Shown in pieces: positions 1 through 8,523 of a stretch of DNA of 64,000 nucleotides. The notes under the pieces are model-generated. The model was not told where the DNA came from. It saw nothing but the letters and a program-made list of their open reading frames with translations, and did no database searches. How positions within the stretch are numbered: position 1 is the first letter of the stretch; each line of letters starts with the position of its first letter. Source of the stretch: Gemmatimonadota bacterium (GTDB lineage: Bacteria; Gemmatimonadota; Gemmatimonadetes; Palauibacterales; Palauibacteraceae); the NCBI GenBank assembly GCA_046758745.1, contig JBHIAV010000001.1, positions 1-64,000 of the forward strand, in the 5' to 3' direction. The position numbers and the translations under genes are program-made.

Positions 1-7
1 CGTCTCG

Positions 8-511
8 TTAACCGGCATCGGTCCTCCTTGAACCTGCGGCGGTTGGGGGCGGCCGGCCGCCTTCGGACGTCCGTTCGACGGGCGCCCCGGCGCGAGCGCA
101 GAATCGGTCGAACGTATCTCTCATGTCCCGCGCGATCTCCCCGGCCTCGCGCCCCTCGATCCGATGCCGCTCGAGCATGAAGACGAGTTCCCCGTCCCGC
201 TGGAGAGCGATGGAAGGTGACGAGGGCCTGTATCCGGTGAAGTACTCGCGGGCGCGAGCGGTCGCCTCGACATCCTGTCCGGCGAACACCGTTACCACAC
301 GGTCGGGCCGAACTTCGTGCTGCAGCGCCAGGGCGACCGCGGGGCGTGCGTTGGCGGCGGCACATCCGCAAACAGAGTTCACGATGACCAGCGTCGTACC
401 CTCTCGGCGCCCCAGGACCTCGTCCACCGCCTCGGCGGTCCGGAGCTCTTGCACCCCCAACTGCGTCAGCTCCTCCCGCATCGGCTGCACAACTCTTGGA
501 TCGTATGGCAT
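8..511 (-). CDS. BrxA/BrxB family bacilliredoxin (YphP/DUF1094-like disulfide isomerase)
   Basis: MPYDPRVVQPMREELT start with GGAG upstream; NSVCGCAAANARP CGC active site; VFAGQD, PSSPSIAL and ERHRIEG motifs. Confidence 0.92.
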   Translation of the reverse strand: MPYDPRVVQPMREELTQLGVQELRTAEAVDEVLGRREGTTLVIVNSVCGCAAANARPAVALALQHEVRPDRVVTVFAGQDVEATARAREYFTGYRPSSPSIALQRDGELVFMLERHRIEGREAGEIARDMRDTFDRFCARAGAPVERTSEGGRPPPTAAGSRRTDAG

Positions 512-661
512 AGATCGCTGCTCCGGCGCATGCAATGAGAACGGCTCTCTTACCCCATCAGCAGGCTCGGATGTCGCAAAGCGTCCCGGGCATACCCCGA
601 GTTGCCGGCCAGTCCTTTCCTTCACATGGCGCGGTCAAGCCCCCAAGCCGACAAGGTACAT

Positions 662-727
662 ATAGTAGCGAAATCAAACTAACCTCCCCCGAGCGTTATG
701 GTCAAGACAGTTTGGGTTCGCTACTAT
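662..727. promoter_or_regulatory. Paired inverted operator sites overlapping divergent -10 boxes (probable MarR operator)
   Basis: ATAGTAGCGAAATCAAACT (662-680) and AGTTTGGGTTCGCTACTAT (709-727) are inverted repeats matching at 17/19; each contains TACTAT on the outward-facing strand. Confidence 0.6.
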
Positions 728-733
728 TCCACC

Positions 734-1333
734 GTGAGGAAAGAGCAGGCAATCAAGGAACGCGCGGTAGCGGAGCTGGTCGCCCAGCTTGGACGCCTCG
801 CCTACGGCGTCGGCTTCACCCAGGGGCTCACGTCGGCGCAATGGATGGCCCTTCGATACTTCTCGCGTGCCAACCGCTTTTCGCGGACGGTATCCGCCTT
901 TGCGGAATACCATGCAACCACACGAGGCACGGCCTCGCAGACGGTCAAGTCCCTGGTCGATCGGGGCTATCTGAGCCGAACGCCATCGGTAACCGATGGC
1001 CGCAGTGTCCGCCTAGACGTTACCTACAAGGCAAGGGCCGTTCTGGCGGATGATCCCTTGGCGGCCTTGGAGCGCGCCGTACGCGCTCTGGCGCCGCGCG
1101 CCCGAGCCTACCTGGCGGGCAGTCTGGAGCGGTTGTTGGGTCAGCTGGCCAACGAACGTGGAAAGCGTCTTTTTGGCATATGCACCGCCTGCAAGCATCT
1201 GGATTGCCTGGAGGGGGAGGGATGCCGCACGGAGGGCGGACCCGTCTTTGAATGCGCCCTGTGGGGCGAACCGCTCGATGAAGCGGAGACGGAGCAACTC
1301 TGCGTAAGCTTCGAACGCGGCAGCCCCAAGTAG
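734..1333 (+). CDS. MarR family winged-helix regulator with Cys-rich C-terminal extension
   Basis: GLTSAQWMALRY...TRGTASQTVKSLVDRGYL...DGRSVRLDVT wHTH; C-terminal CTACKHLDC...C...FEC...LC; GTG 734 preferred, ATG 698 possible. Confidence 0.88.
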   Translation: MRKEQAIKERAVAELVAQLGRLAYGVGFTQGLTSAQWMALRYFSRANRFSRTVSAFAEYHATTRGTASQTVKSLVDRGYLSRTPSVTDGRSVRLDVTYKARAVLADDPLAALERAVRALAPRARAYLAGSLERLLGQLANERGKRLFGICTACKHLDCLEGEGCRTEGGPVFECALWGEPLDEAETEQLCVSFERGSPK

Positions 1334-1382
1334 CTCGCCTCGCACTGCCGATTCTGTTGCCGCGTCAGGGCGGGATCCTGCG

Positions 1383-1796
1383 CTATAGGCCTGCGGGCAT
1401 CCTCTCGCCGGGCTTGAGCGGCCTGAACCGGAGCGCCGACCAGACGTCATCGATGGACACCTGCGATACGGGGCGAAGCCCGGCGGATCGCACCACATCC
1501 CACCCCTTGTCGCGCGACAGGTCCGTCTCGACCTGCGAGCTTCGTTTGGGATAGGAGATCCACAGGATCCCGCCGTCCCTCAGGCTCTTGATGGCCTTGG
1601 GCGCGAAGCGCTTGAGCTCGGACGTGTTCTTGGCGAAGAGCTGAACCCAGTCGAATCTGCCGGTCGCTCGGGTCGCCAACTCGGCCCCTTCCGGCAGGCT
1701 GCCGATTCCGTTCACGTAGCCCGTTGGCGGATTCAGAACCACCATCCGCTGCCCCGGTTTGACTTGAAGCTTCTTGATCAGGGAACTGTCGGCCAT
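1383..1796 (-). CDS. DUF3052-like hypothetical protein
   Basis: LIKKLQVKPG start, LWISYPKRSS...DLSRD...VSQVSIDDVWSALRFRP; GGAGGAG RBS. Confidence 0.7.
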   Translation of the reverse strand: MADSSLIKKLQVKPGQRMVVLNPPTGYVNGIGSLPEGAELATRATGRFDWVQLFAKNTSELKRFAPKAIKSLRDGGILWISYPKRSSQVETDLSRDKGWDVVRSAGLRPVSQVSIDDVWSALRFRPLKPGERMPAGL

Positions 1797-1888
1797 GCTC
1801 TCCTCCCTTGTTTCGCTGCGCGGCTGGGCCCGATCGGCTCTCCTCGCGCGCGATCAGAGCGGGATCGCACCACGAGGCTCGCCGCTCC

Positions 1889-2173
1889 TTACGCTTCCAC
1901 CCTCACCCCGCGCCAGAACGCTACGTGGTCCTTGATGCGGGCGGCGGCCGGCTTGGGGTCCGGATACGTCCACGCCGCGTCAGGGTTCTCCTTCCCCTCC
2001 ACTACCACCGTGTAGTAGCGCGCGACCCCCTTCCACGGACATACGCTGGTCGTGTCGCTCGGGATGAGGCGCTCGCGCCGCACCGCCTCGGGGGGGAAGT
2101 ACACGTTGCCTTCCACGAACTCGTAGTCGTCCGATTCGGCGAGGACGGCCCCGTTCCATGTCGCTCTGGCCAT
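1889..2173 (-). CDS. DUF427 domain protein
   Basis: ATWNGAVLAESD, VEGNVYFP, CPWKGVARYY, AAWTYPDP, IKDHVAFW; GGAGG RBS. Confidence 0.9.
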   Translation of the reverse strand: MARATWNGAVLAESDDYEFVEGNVYFPPEAVRRERLIPSDTTSVCPWKGVARYYTVVVEGKENPDAAWTYPDPKPAAARIKDHVAFWRGVRVEA

Positions 2174-2209
2174 CGCGAGCCTCCCGTGTGCGCTGTCCGG
2201 CTCCGGGGT

Positions 2210-2923
2210 CTATGAGCTCGCCGGCCCCGTCGGCCGCGCCCCGCCTCCTCCTCCGGGCGCGCCAGCAGCGAAGCCAACGTCCCACTCCCTCGAGGCGTCC
2301 AGGCGGGCCAGCTCGGACACGGGAAGATCGCGCGCGAGCCCTCGCGGTGCCTCCCCCCGACCCAGAGCGAGGAAGTTGGCGAGCAGGGCGTAGCCGTGCT
2401 CGGTCAGAACGGCCTCGGGATGGAACTGCACCCCCCACACCGGGAGCTCACGGTGGCGAACAGCCATCACCTCCCCGTCGTCGCTTCTCGCCGTCACGGC
2501 CAGGGCCGGCGGGATCGAGGCCGGATCCAGCACCAGCGAATGGTAGCGGGTGCCGCGCAGCGGGGTCGGGAGGCCCGTGAATAGGTCTGACCCATCGTGG
2601 TGGATCAGCGAGATCTTCCCGTGCATCGGCTTTCCTGCGCGCACGACCCGGGTCCCGAACGCCGCGCCGACGCACTGGTGCCCCAGACACACGCCGAGAG
2701 TCGGGATGCTCGCCCCGAGCGCCCCGATCAACTCCGTCGATACGCCGGCCTCGGCCGGTGTGCACGGACCGGGCGACACCACGATGTGCGAAGGCTCGAG
2801 CGCGGCAGCCTCCCGCACCCCGATCCCGTCGTTGCGCACCACCCGAACCTCCTCGCCGAGCTCGGCCAGATAGCGGGCGAGGTTGAACACGAAGGAGTCA
2901 TAGTTGTCGAGGACGAGGATCAT
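2210..2923 (-). CDS. pabA: Aminodeoxychorismate/anthranilate synthase component II (class I glutamine amidotransferase)
   Basis: MILVLDNYDSF, SPGPCTP, GVCLGHQ, RYHSL, QFHPE; cannot separate trpG from pabA. Confidence 0.9.
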   Translation of the reverse strand: MILVLDNYDSFVFNLARYLAELGEEVRVVRNDGIGVREAAALEPSHIVVSPGPCTPAEAGVSTELIGALGASIPTLGVCLGHQCVGAAFGTRVVRAGKPMHGKISLIHHDGSDLFTGLPTPLRGTRYHSLVLDPASIPPALAVTARSDDGEVMAVRHRELPVWGVQFHPEAVLTEHGYALLANFLALGRGEAPRGLARDLPVSELARLDASREWDVGFAAGAPGGGGGARPTGPASS

Positions 2924-3120
2924 GCGCTCGCCGACACCGTCTGCAGCGGCATCGTCCTGCTCCGAGGGTGCATCGGTATCCCGTATGCGGCTCCGAGCCG
3001 GCCGCCCCGCCCGCGACCCGTGCGGGAGCAAGCCGCGGGCGAGGACGAAACTACGGATCGAGATCCTCCTCTCCAACTCCCGTCCGGCTGCGGGACGGCG
3101 GAGAGGCGGTTCCCGGGCGC

Positions 3121-3202
3121 CGCCGGCCTTCCGAGCCGCCGCGCCGGCCTTCCGAGCCGGCGATGGGCCTTCCAAGCCGGCGCCCAGGCCTTCCGAGCCA
3201 CC
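3121..3202. repeat. Four degenerate 20-21 bp tandem repeats (core GGCCTTCCGAGCC)
   Basis: Cores at 3125, 3146, 3166 and 3187 in the pabA-larE intergenic region. Confidence 0.8.
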
Positions 3203-3283
3203 CCACCCTCCGGGCCCGCATCGGCCTTGCCGCCGCCCGGGCGCCCGGGCCAGGTTAGGCGAATGCGTTCCGTATCATGGCCG

Positions 3284-4279
3284 GTGGAGGCTGGCGAAAG
3301 TGGTGTCACCGAGGCCGGCGGAGGCGGAAGCGCCGAGAACGCCGGAAGCGGGGGCACCGAGGGCGCGGGAAGCGGGGGCGCTGAGAAGGATGGAGGCGGG
3401 ACCTCCGAGGCCTACTGCGGCGACGCGGCCGCTCTCCCGGATTGCCCCTCGACCGATGGGCTCGACGCGAAGCAGGCCCGGCTCGACGCCATCCTGCGCG
3501 AGTGCGGCTCCGCACTCGTCGCGTTCAGCGGCGGGGTCGACTCGGCCTATCTCGCGTACCGCGTGTGGCGGGTGCTGGGGGCGGGCCGCATGGTGGCCGT
3601 CACCGGAGTCAGCGAGTCCGTGGCCAGCGCGCAGCGCGGGATGGCGCGCGCCGTTACCGAGCGGTTCGGGATCCCGTGGCGCCAGCTGCGGACCCGTGAA
3701 CTGGAGGATGCGGACTACGCGGCGAATCCGACGAACCGCTGCTACTTCTGCAAGGTGGAGCTCTACGACCGGCTGACGCGCCTGGCCGCGGAGCTGGGGT
3801 TGGAGACGGTGTTGGACGGAGCCAACGCCGATGACCTGGCCGACTTCCGGCCGGGCGGCGCGGCGGCACGCGAGCGAAGCGTCCGCTCCCCCCTGCAGGA
3901 GGTAGGGCTCGGCAAGGAGGAGATCCGCCGGCTCTCCCGTGCGGTCGGTCTCCCGACCTGGGACGCTCCCTCCTCTCCCTGCCTGGCGAGCCGCCTGCCG
4001 TACGGCGTGCGGGTGACGGCGGAGCGCCTGCGTCAGGTCGAGGATGCGGAGACGTTCCTGCACGGGCTCCGGTGCTGGGGCGACCTCCGGGTGCGACACC
4101 ACGCGGGGGAGGCGCGCATCGAGCTGGCCGCCGAGCGACTGGGCGAATGGACCGACATGGAGCTCTGCCGAACGGTCTTCGCGCATCTGCGCGGCCTCGG
4201 GTTCCGTCGTGTCCTTCTCGACCTCGAGGGATATCGGCCGGGGTCCCTCAACCGCGACCTGGCGGAGACGCGAGCGTGA
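3284..4279 (+). CDS. larE: ATP-dependent sulfur transferase LarE
   Basis: AFSGGVDS PP-loop, NRCYFCK, DGANADD..DFRPG, SSPCLASRLPYG, LRVRHH, LDLEGYRPGSLN; start uncertain (ATG 3263 or GTG 3284). Confidence 0.9.
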   Translation: MEAGESGVTEAGGGGSAENAGSGGTEGAGSGGAEKDGGGTSEAYCGDAAALPDCPSTDGLDAKQARLDAILRECGSALVAFSGGVDSAYLAYRVWRVLGAGRMVAVTGVSESVASAQRGMARAVTERFGIPWRQLRTRELEDADYAANPTNRCYFCKVELYDRLTRLAAELGLETVLDGANADDLADFRPGGAAARERSVRSPLQEVGLGKEEIRRLSRAVGLPTWDAPSSPCLASRLPYGVRVTAERLRQVEDAETFLHGLRCWGDLRVRHHAGEARIELAAERLGEWTDMELCRTVFAHLRGLGFRRVLLDLEGYRPGSLNRDLAETRA

Positions 4280-4551
4280 GATCGCTCCCCGCGGCGCAGC
4301 GACTGCGCGAACAGCTGGTCCGGCTGCTGGGAACGCGCCGGGTGGAAGTCGAGGCGGGCGGCGACGAGGGAAAGATCGCCGTGATTCGGGTCGGCCCATC
4401 CGTCGTCCACCGCCTGCTTGCGCCCTCCGTCCGGGAGGCCGTGGTGGCGCGGGCTCGGGCCGTCGGCTTCCGATACGCTACGCTCGACCTTTCCCTTCGC
4501 GAGGCGGCCGAGGGCATGCCGAGCGCTCAGGCCGAGGGAGGGCTCGCGTGA
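4276..4551 (+). CDS. Small protein resembling the LarE C-terminal domain
   Basis: GTGA overlap with the larE stop; IAVIRV...VVARARAVGFRYATLDL parallels the LarE tail EARIEL...LRGLGFRRVLLDL. Confidence 0.65.
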   Translation: MRSLPAAQRLREQLVRLLGTRRVEVEAGGDEGKIAVIRVGPSVVHRLLAPSVREAVVARARAVGFRYATLDLSLREAAEGMPSAQAEGGLA

Positions 4552-4644
4552 CGCCGCGCCGCGAGCTGGTCGCGGCGGGACGGGCGTGGAGGTGCGTCCC
4601 TTCCCGGGCCGGTGCCGGCCGAGTGAGCGAGCTCCTCGCGTAGC

Positions 4645-5205
4645 ATGCGCCTCTTCGTGGCCATCAACTTCCCGAAACGCCTTCGCGAGCGGATCGCCCG
4701 CCTGGCCCGGCCGCTGCAAGAGGCGGAGTTTCCCGTGCGGTGGGTGGAGCCGGACAAGATCCACCTTACTCTGAAGTTCATCGGTGAAGTACGGACCGAT
4801 CGGGCGGAGGAATTCGCGGAGGCGCTCTGCCGCACGGCGGGCGCCTTCCGCCCGTTCGAGCTCAGGTTCGAGCGGATCGGGGCGTTCCCCTCCCCGAGAC
4901 ACCCGCGCGTCATCTGGCTCGGCGTGGAGCCCACGCCCGAGCTCCGCTTCCTAAAGCACGACATCGAACAGGCACTGGGCGAGATGGGCGTACCCCGGGA
5001 GCGACGTCTGTTCCAGCCGCACATCACGCTCGGCCGAGCGAGCGGGAGACATCTGCCGGGCTCCTTCCAAGGCCTCGAAGCGATCAGCCAGGAGGCCCGG
5101 CTGCCGGCGGGTCACCGCGTGTCGCACATCGATCTAATGCGGAGCCGCCTCGGGCCGAAGGGCGCGACGTACACGTTGCTCAAGGCCGCCCCGCTCGGTG
5201 CCTGA
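4645..5205 (+). CDS. thpR: RNA 2',3'-cyclic phosphodiesterase (2H phosphoesterase)
   Basis: MRLFVAI start; two HxT motifs (IHLTLKFIG, PHITLGR); PRVIWLG. Confidence 0.93.
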   Translation: MRLFVAINFPKRLRERIARLARPLQEAEFPVRWVEPDKIHLTLKFIGEVRTDRAEEFAEALCRTAGAFRPFELRFERIGAFPSPRHPRVIWLGVEPTPELRFLKHDIEQALGEMGVPRERRLFQPHITLGRASGRHLPGSFQGLEAISQEARLPAGHRVSHIDLMRSRLGPKGATYTLLKAAPLGA

Positions 5206-5256
5206 CCGACCGGTGCGGGGGGATCGGGATGGCTCGTGCGGCCCTTGCGCGGCGAG

Positions 5257-5898
5257 GTGAGGAACGTGCTGAAGAACTGCCTCGCGAGGATCGGTTGCCT
5301 GACGCTCCTGGCTTTAGCTGCCGGCGCAGGGTGGCTCTTCCGGGACGAGGTCGGCGCGTGGTGGAACCGGCTCGAGTCGGCCCGGTTCGTGGAGGAGCCG
5401 AGCGAAGCCGCGGCGCTCGAGGCGGAGCGGAAGATCCGACGGCTATGGGAGGCGCGGCCGCCGGTTACAGTCCGGCTCTCGGAGCCGGAGCTGCAGAGCC
5501 TGGTGCTCTTCCGCGTGGGCCCCGATCTTCCGGACGGAATCGAGCGCCCCGCGGTCGAGATCCGGGACTCGACGATGGTGCTCACGGCGCTCCTGCGCCT
5601 CGATCGCATGGTGGGAGTCCCGGGGGCCGAGATGCTGCGGACGTTCCTTTCGGATTCTGCTACGTTCACGGTGGAGCTCTCGCCGAGGGTCGAGCGCCCC
5701 GGAGAGGCGCGCGTGGATGTACTGGCGCTACAGGCCGGGAGCGTCGCGGTACCGTCGATGATGGTGCCCGCGCTCCTCGGCCAGCTGGAGCTCCCCGACG
5801 CGCGCGCCGAAGGCCGAGGCCTGGTCTTCCCGGTTCCGGCGCAGCTGGCCGCAATCCGGGTCTTTCCGGGCGCTCTGGAGCTGTCCACCGCGCCGTGA
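5257..5898 (+). CDS. Hypothetical membrane-anchored protein
   Basis: N-terminal hydrophobic helix IGCLTLLALAAGAGWLF, typical GC3 codon usage; start 5257 or 5266. Confidence 0.7.
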   Translation: MRNVLKNCLARIGCLTLLALAAGAGWLFRDEVGAWWNRLESARFVEEPSEAAALEAERKIRRLWEARPPVTVRLSEPELQSLVLFRVGPDLPDGIERPAVEIRDSTMVLTALLRLDRMVGVPGAEMLRTFLSDSATFTVELSPRVERPGEARVDVLALQAGSVAVPSMMVPALLGQLELPDARAEGRGLVFPVPAQLAAIRVFPGALELSTAP

Positions 5899-6051
5899 AC
5901 GGTGGCTGCCGGTGACGATGCGTCGGAGGTAGGGCGCGCCCGGAGAGAGAGACGGCCGGCCGGCGCCCGCGCCGCGCCCTGCCGGAGTCCGCGCGCCCCC
6001 CCGGCCGCCGCGGAGCCGGCCGTCCCCCCGAACGCGAGAGGGATGAAGACG

Positions 6052-7542
6052 ATGGCGGAGAAGTTCTTGAATCACATAAACGGGCAGTGGATCGAGCCGG
6101 CGGAAGGCAGGTTCTTCGAGAACCGTAACCCGGCACGCTGCTCCGATCTCATCGGGCTTTTTCCCGCTTCGGCTGGCGACGACGTGGAGGCGGCTGTTCG
6201 CTCCGCCGAGGAGGGATTCCACGAGTGGCGCCGCGTGCCGGCCCCCGAGCGCGGGCTCGTTCTCCAGCGCGCCGGAGACCTGCTCGCCGAGCGCAAGGAG
6301 GAGCTCGCGCGCGCGATGACCCGCGAGATGGGAAAGATCCTCGAAGAGACGCGCGGCGACGTGCAGGAGGCGATCGATACCGCGTACTACGCCGCGAGCG
6401 AAGGTCGGCGCCTCTTCGGCCGCACGGTCCCCTCCGAGTTGCGGCAGAAATGGGCGATGAGCTACCGGCGGCCGATCGGCGTGTTCGGGATCATCACCCC
6501 GTTCAACTTCCCGATGGCGATCCCGAGCTGGAAGATCTTCCCCGCCCTCCTGTGCGGGAACGCGGTCGTCTTCAAGCCGGCCGCGGACGTGCCGCACTCC
6601 GCGCATCTCTTCGTGGAGATCCTGCTCGAGGCGGGCATCCCGCCGCGTTGCGTCCAGCTCGTCCACGGGTCCGGGGAGGTCGTCGGCCGGGCCATGGTGG
6701 CGCACCCCCGCATCCCCGGCCTCTCGTTCACGGGCTCCACGGCCACGGGGCGGCTGATCGGCGGGACGGCGGGCCGCATGCACAAGCGGCTCTCGCTGGA
6801 GATGGGGGGCAAGAACGCCCAGATCGTCATGCCGGACGCGGACATGGACCTCGCCCTGGAGGGCGTCGTGTGGGGCGCGTTCGGCACCACCGGACAGCGC
6901 TGCACGGCCACAAGCCGGCTCCTTCTCCAGCGATCGATCCACGACGAGTTCGTCGATCGCCTGGTGGGCGAGGCGACCGCGCTGCGGCTCGGCGACGGCC
7001 TGCGACCGGAGACCGATGTCGGGCCGCTCATCAACCAGGCTGCCCTGGACAAGGTCGCCCGCTACCTCGAGATCGCGCTGGAGGAAGGAGACGAGGTGGC
7101 GTGCGGCGGGGAACCGGCGACCCGCGAGGACCTCGCAGACGGGTACTTCTTCGAGCCGACCGTGCTCGTGGGGGTGAAGCCCGGCTCGCGGATCGAGCAG
7201 GAAGAGATCTTCGGACCCGTTCTCGCGGTGATTCCCTTCGATGACCTCGACGAGGCCATCGCGATCAACAACGATGTGGCGTATGGTCTCTCCTCCGCCC
7301 TGTACACGCGGGACGTGAACGCGGCCTTCCGCGCGATCGAGGAGATGGACAACGGCATCAGCTATGTGAACGCGCCCACCATCGGCGCCGAGGCTCACCT
7401 GCCGTTCGGAGGAGTGAAACAAACCGGCAACGGTCACCGTGAGGGAGGCTGGGAGGTGTTCGACTTCTATTCGGAGACGAAGGTGGGCTACGTTGACTAC
7501 AGCGGTCGGCTGCAACGCGCCCAGATCGACGTCGGCCGGTGA
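6052..7542 (+). CDS. Aldehyde dehydrogenase family protein
   Basis: ITPFNFP, FTGSTATG, LEMGGKN, GQRCTA catalytic Cys, EEIFGP, PFGGVKQTG. Confidence 0.95.
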   Translation: MAEKFLNHINGQWIEPAEGRFFENRNPARCSDLIGLFPASAGDDVEAAVRSAEEGFHEWRRVPAPERGLVLQRAGDLLAERKEELARAMTREMGKILEETRGDVQEAIDTAYYAASEGRRLFGRTVPSELRQKWAMSYRRPIGVFGIITPFNFPMAIPSWKIFPALLCGNAVVFKPAADVPHSAHLFVEILLEAGIPPRCVQLVHGSGEVVGRAMVAHPRIPGLSFTGSTATGRLIGGTAGRMHKRLSLEMGGKNAQIVMPDADMDLALEGVVWGAFGTTGQRCTATSRLLLQRSIHDEFVDRLVGEATALRLGDGLRPETDVGPLINQAALDKVARYLEIALEEGDEVACGGEPATREDLADGYFFEPTVLVGVKPGSRIEQEEIFGPVLAVIPFDDLDEAIAINNDVAYGLSSALYTRDVNAAFRAIEEMDNGISYVNAPTIGAEAHLPFGGVKQTGNGHREGGWEVFDFYSETKVGYVDYSGRLQRAQIDVGR

Positions 7543-7752
7543 TCCGGCCACCGCGCCCGATTCCGGATGACGGCGGGTTGAGCGGACCCGTTACGGTCGA
7601 GACGCGGCGTGTGCTGGGCCTGCCTCGGGAGTCGCCCCGGATGAGGCGTTCCCGGGAACGAGCTCCATTTGGCAGGGGTACGCTTTGTGCTGGAGTTCGG
7701 CCATGGGCCGGCAGATACTCCGACCCCGCCCGAACCACACGACGAAGGAGCC

Positions 7753-8505
7753 ATGGCTAAGGAGCGAACCGACAAGAACACGTCCTCCCATCCGACGCAG
7801 GGGGGTTCCATGGTGCGGTGGCTGTGGGACTGGACGAAGTCCATAGCCGTCGCCTTTCTGCTCTTCTTGATCGTGCGTACGTTCGTCGTGGAGGCCTTCC
7901 AGATCCCCACGGGATCCATGGAGAACACGCTGCTGGTCGGCGATTTCCTTCTCGTCAACAAGATGGTGTACGGAGCGGAGATCCCCGGCACATCGGTTCG
8001 TCTCCCGGCCTTCGAGTCGCCGAGGCACGGGGACATCATCGTGTTCGAGCCGCCTCCCGAGGCCAATCAGAGCCCCAACACGAACTACGTGAAGCGGATC
8101 GTCGGGTTGCCGGGGGACACGGTGTGGATGGTCGAAGGAGTCCTTTATCGCAACGGACGGGAGGTGGCGGAGCCATACACCAAACACACCAGACCCTTCG
8201 AGGATCCGCACAGCCCGCAGTTCGAGTGGCAACGGCGCTACCTGGCCCGTGACGGGCGGCATGCGCAGGAGTATCGTCCGTCGCGGGACAATTGGGGTCC
8301 GCTGGCCGTGCCGGAAGGCCGCTATTTCGTGATGGGCGACAACCGCGACAATTCCGAGGACTCACGGTACTGGGGCTTCATCGAGGAATCCGCGATCAGG
8401 GGGAAGCCCCTGGTTATCTATTACTCGTACGACCGGAACAAGCTGGCTCCATTCCCGTGGATCACCGAGATCCGGTGGGGTCGCCTTCTGAACACGATAC
8501 GCTGA
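7753..8505 (+). CDS. lepB: Signal peptidase I
   Basis: IPTGSMENTL (Ser), YVKRIVGLPGD (Lys), GDNRDNSEDSRYWG; AAGGAG RBS. Confidence 0.95.
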   Translation: MAKERTDKNTSSHPTQGGSMVRWLWDWTKSIAVAFLLFLIVRTFVVEAFQIPTGSMENTLLVGDFLLVNKMVYGAEIPGTSVRLPAFESPRHGDIIVFEPPPEANQSPNTNYVKRIVGLPGDTVWMVEGVLYRNGREVAEPYTKHTRPFEDPHSPQFEWQRRYLARDGRHAQEYRPSRDNWGPLAVPEGRYFVMGDNRDNSEDSRYWGFIEESAIRGKPLVIYYSYDRNKLAPFPWITEIRWGRLLNTIR

Positions 8506-8523
8506 ACCGCGGAGCGCCGGAGC

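Noticed and set aside
2920..3357. Minus-strand ORF ending in ATGA at the pabA start, as a possible trpE remnant
   Set aside because: Low-complexity sequence with no chorismate-binding motifs; the ATGA arises automatically from the Met-Ile start
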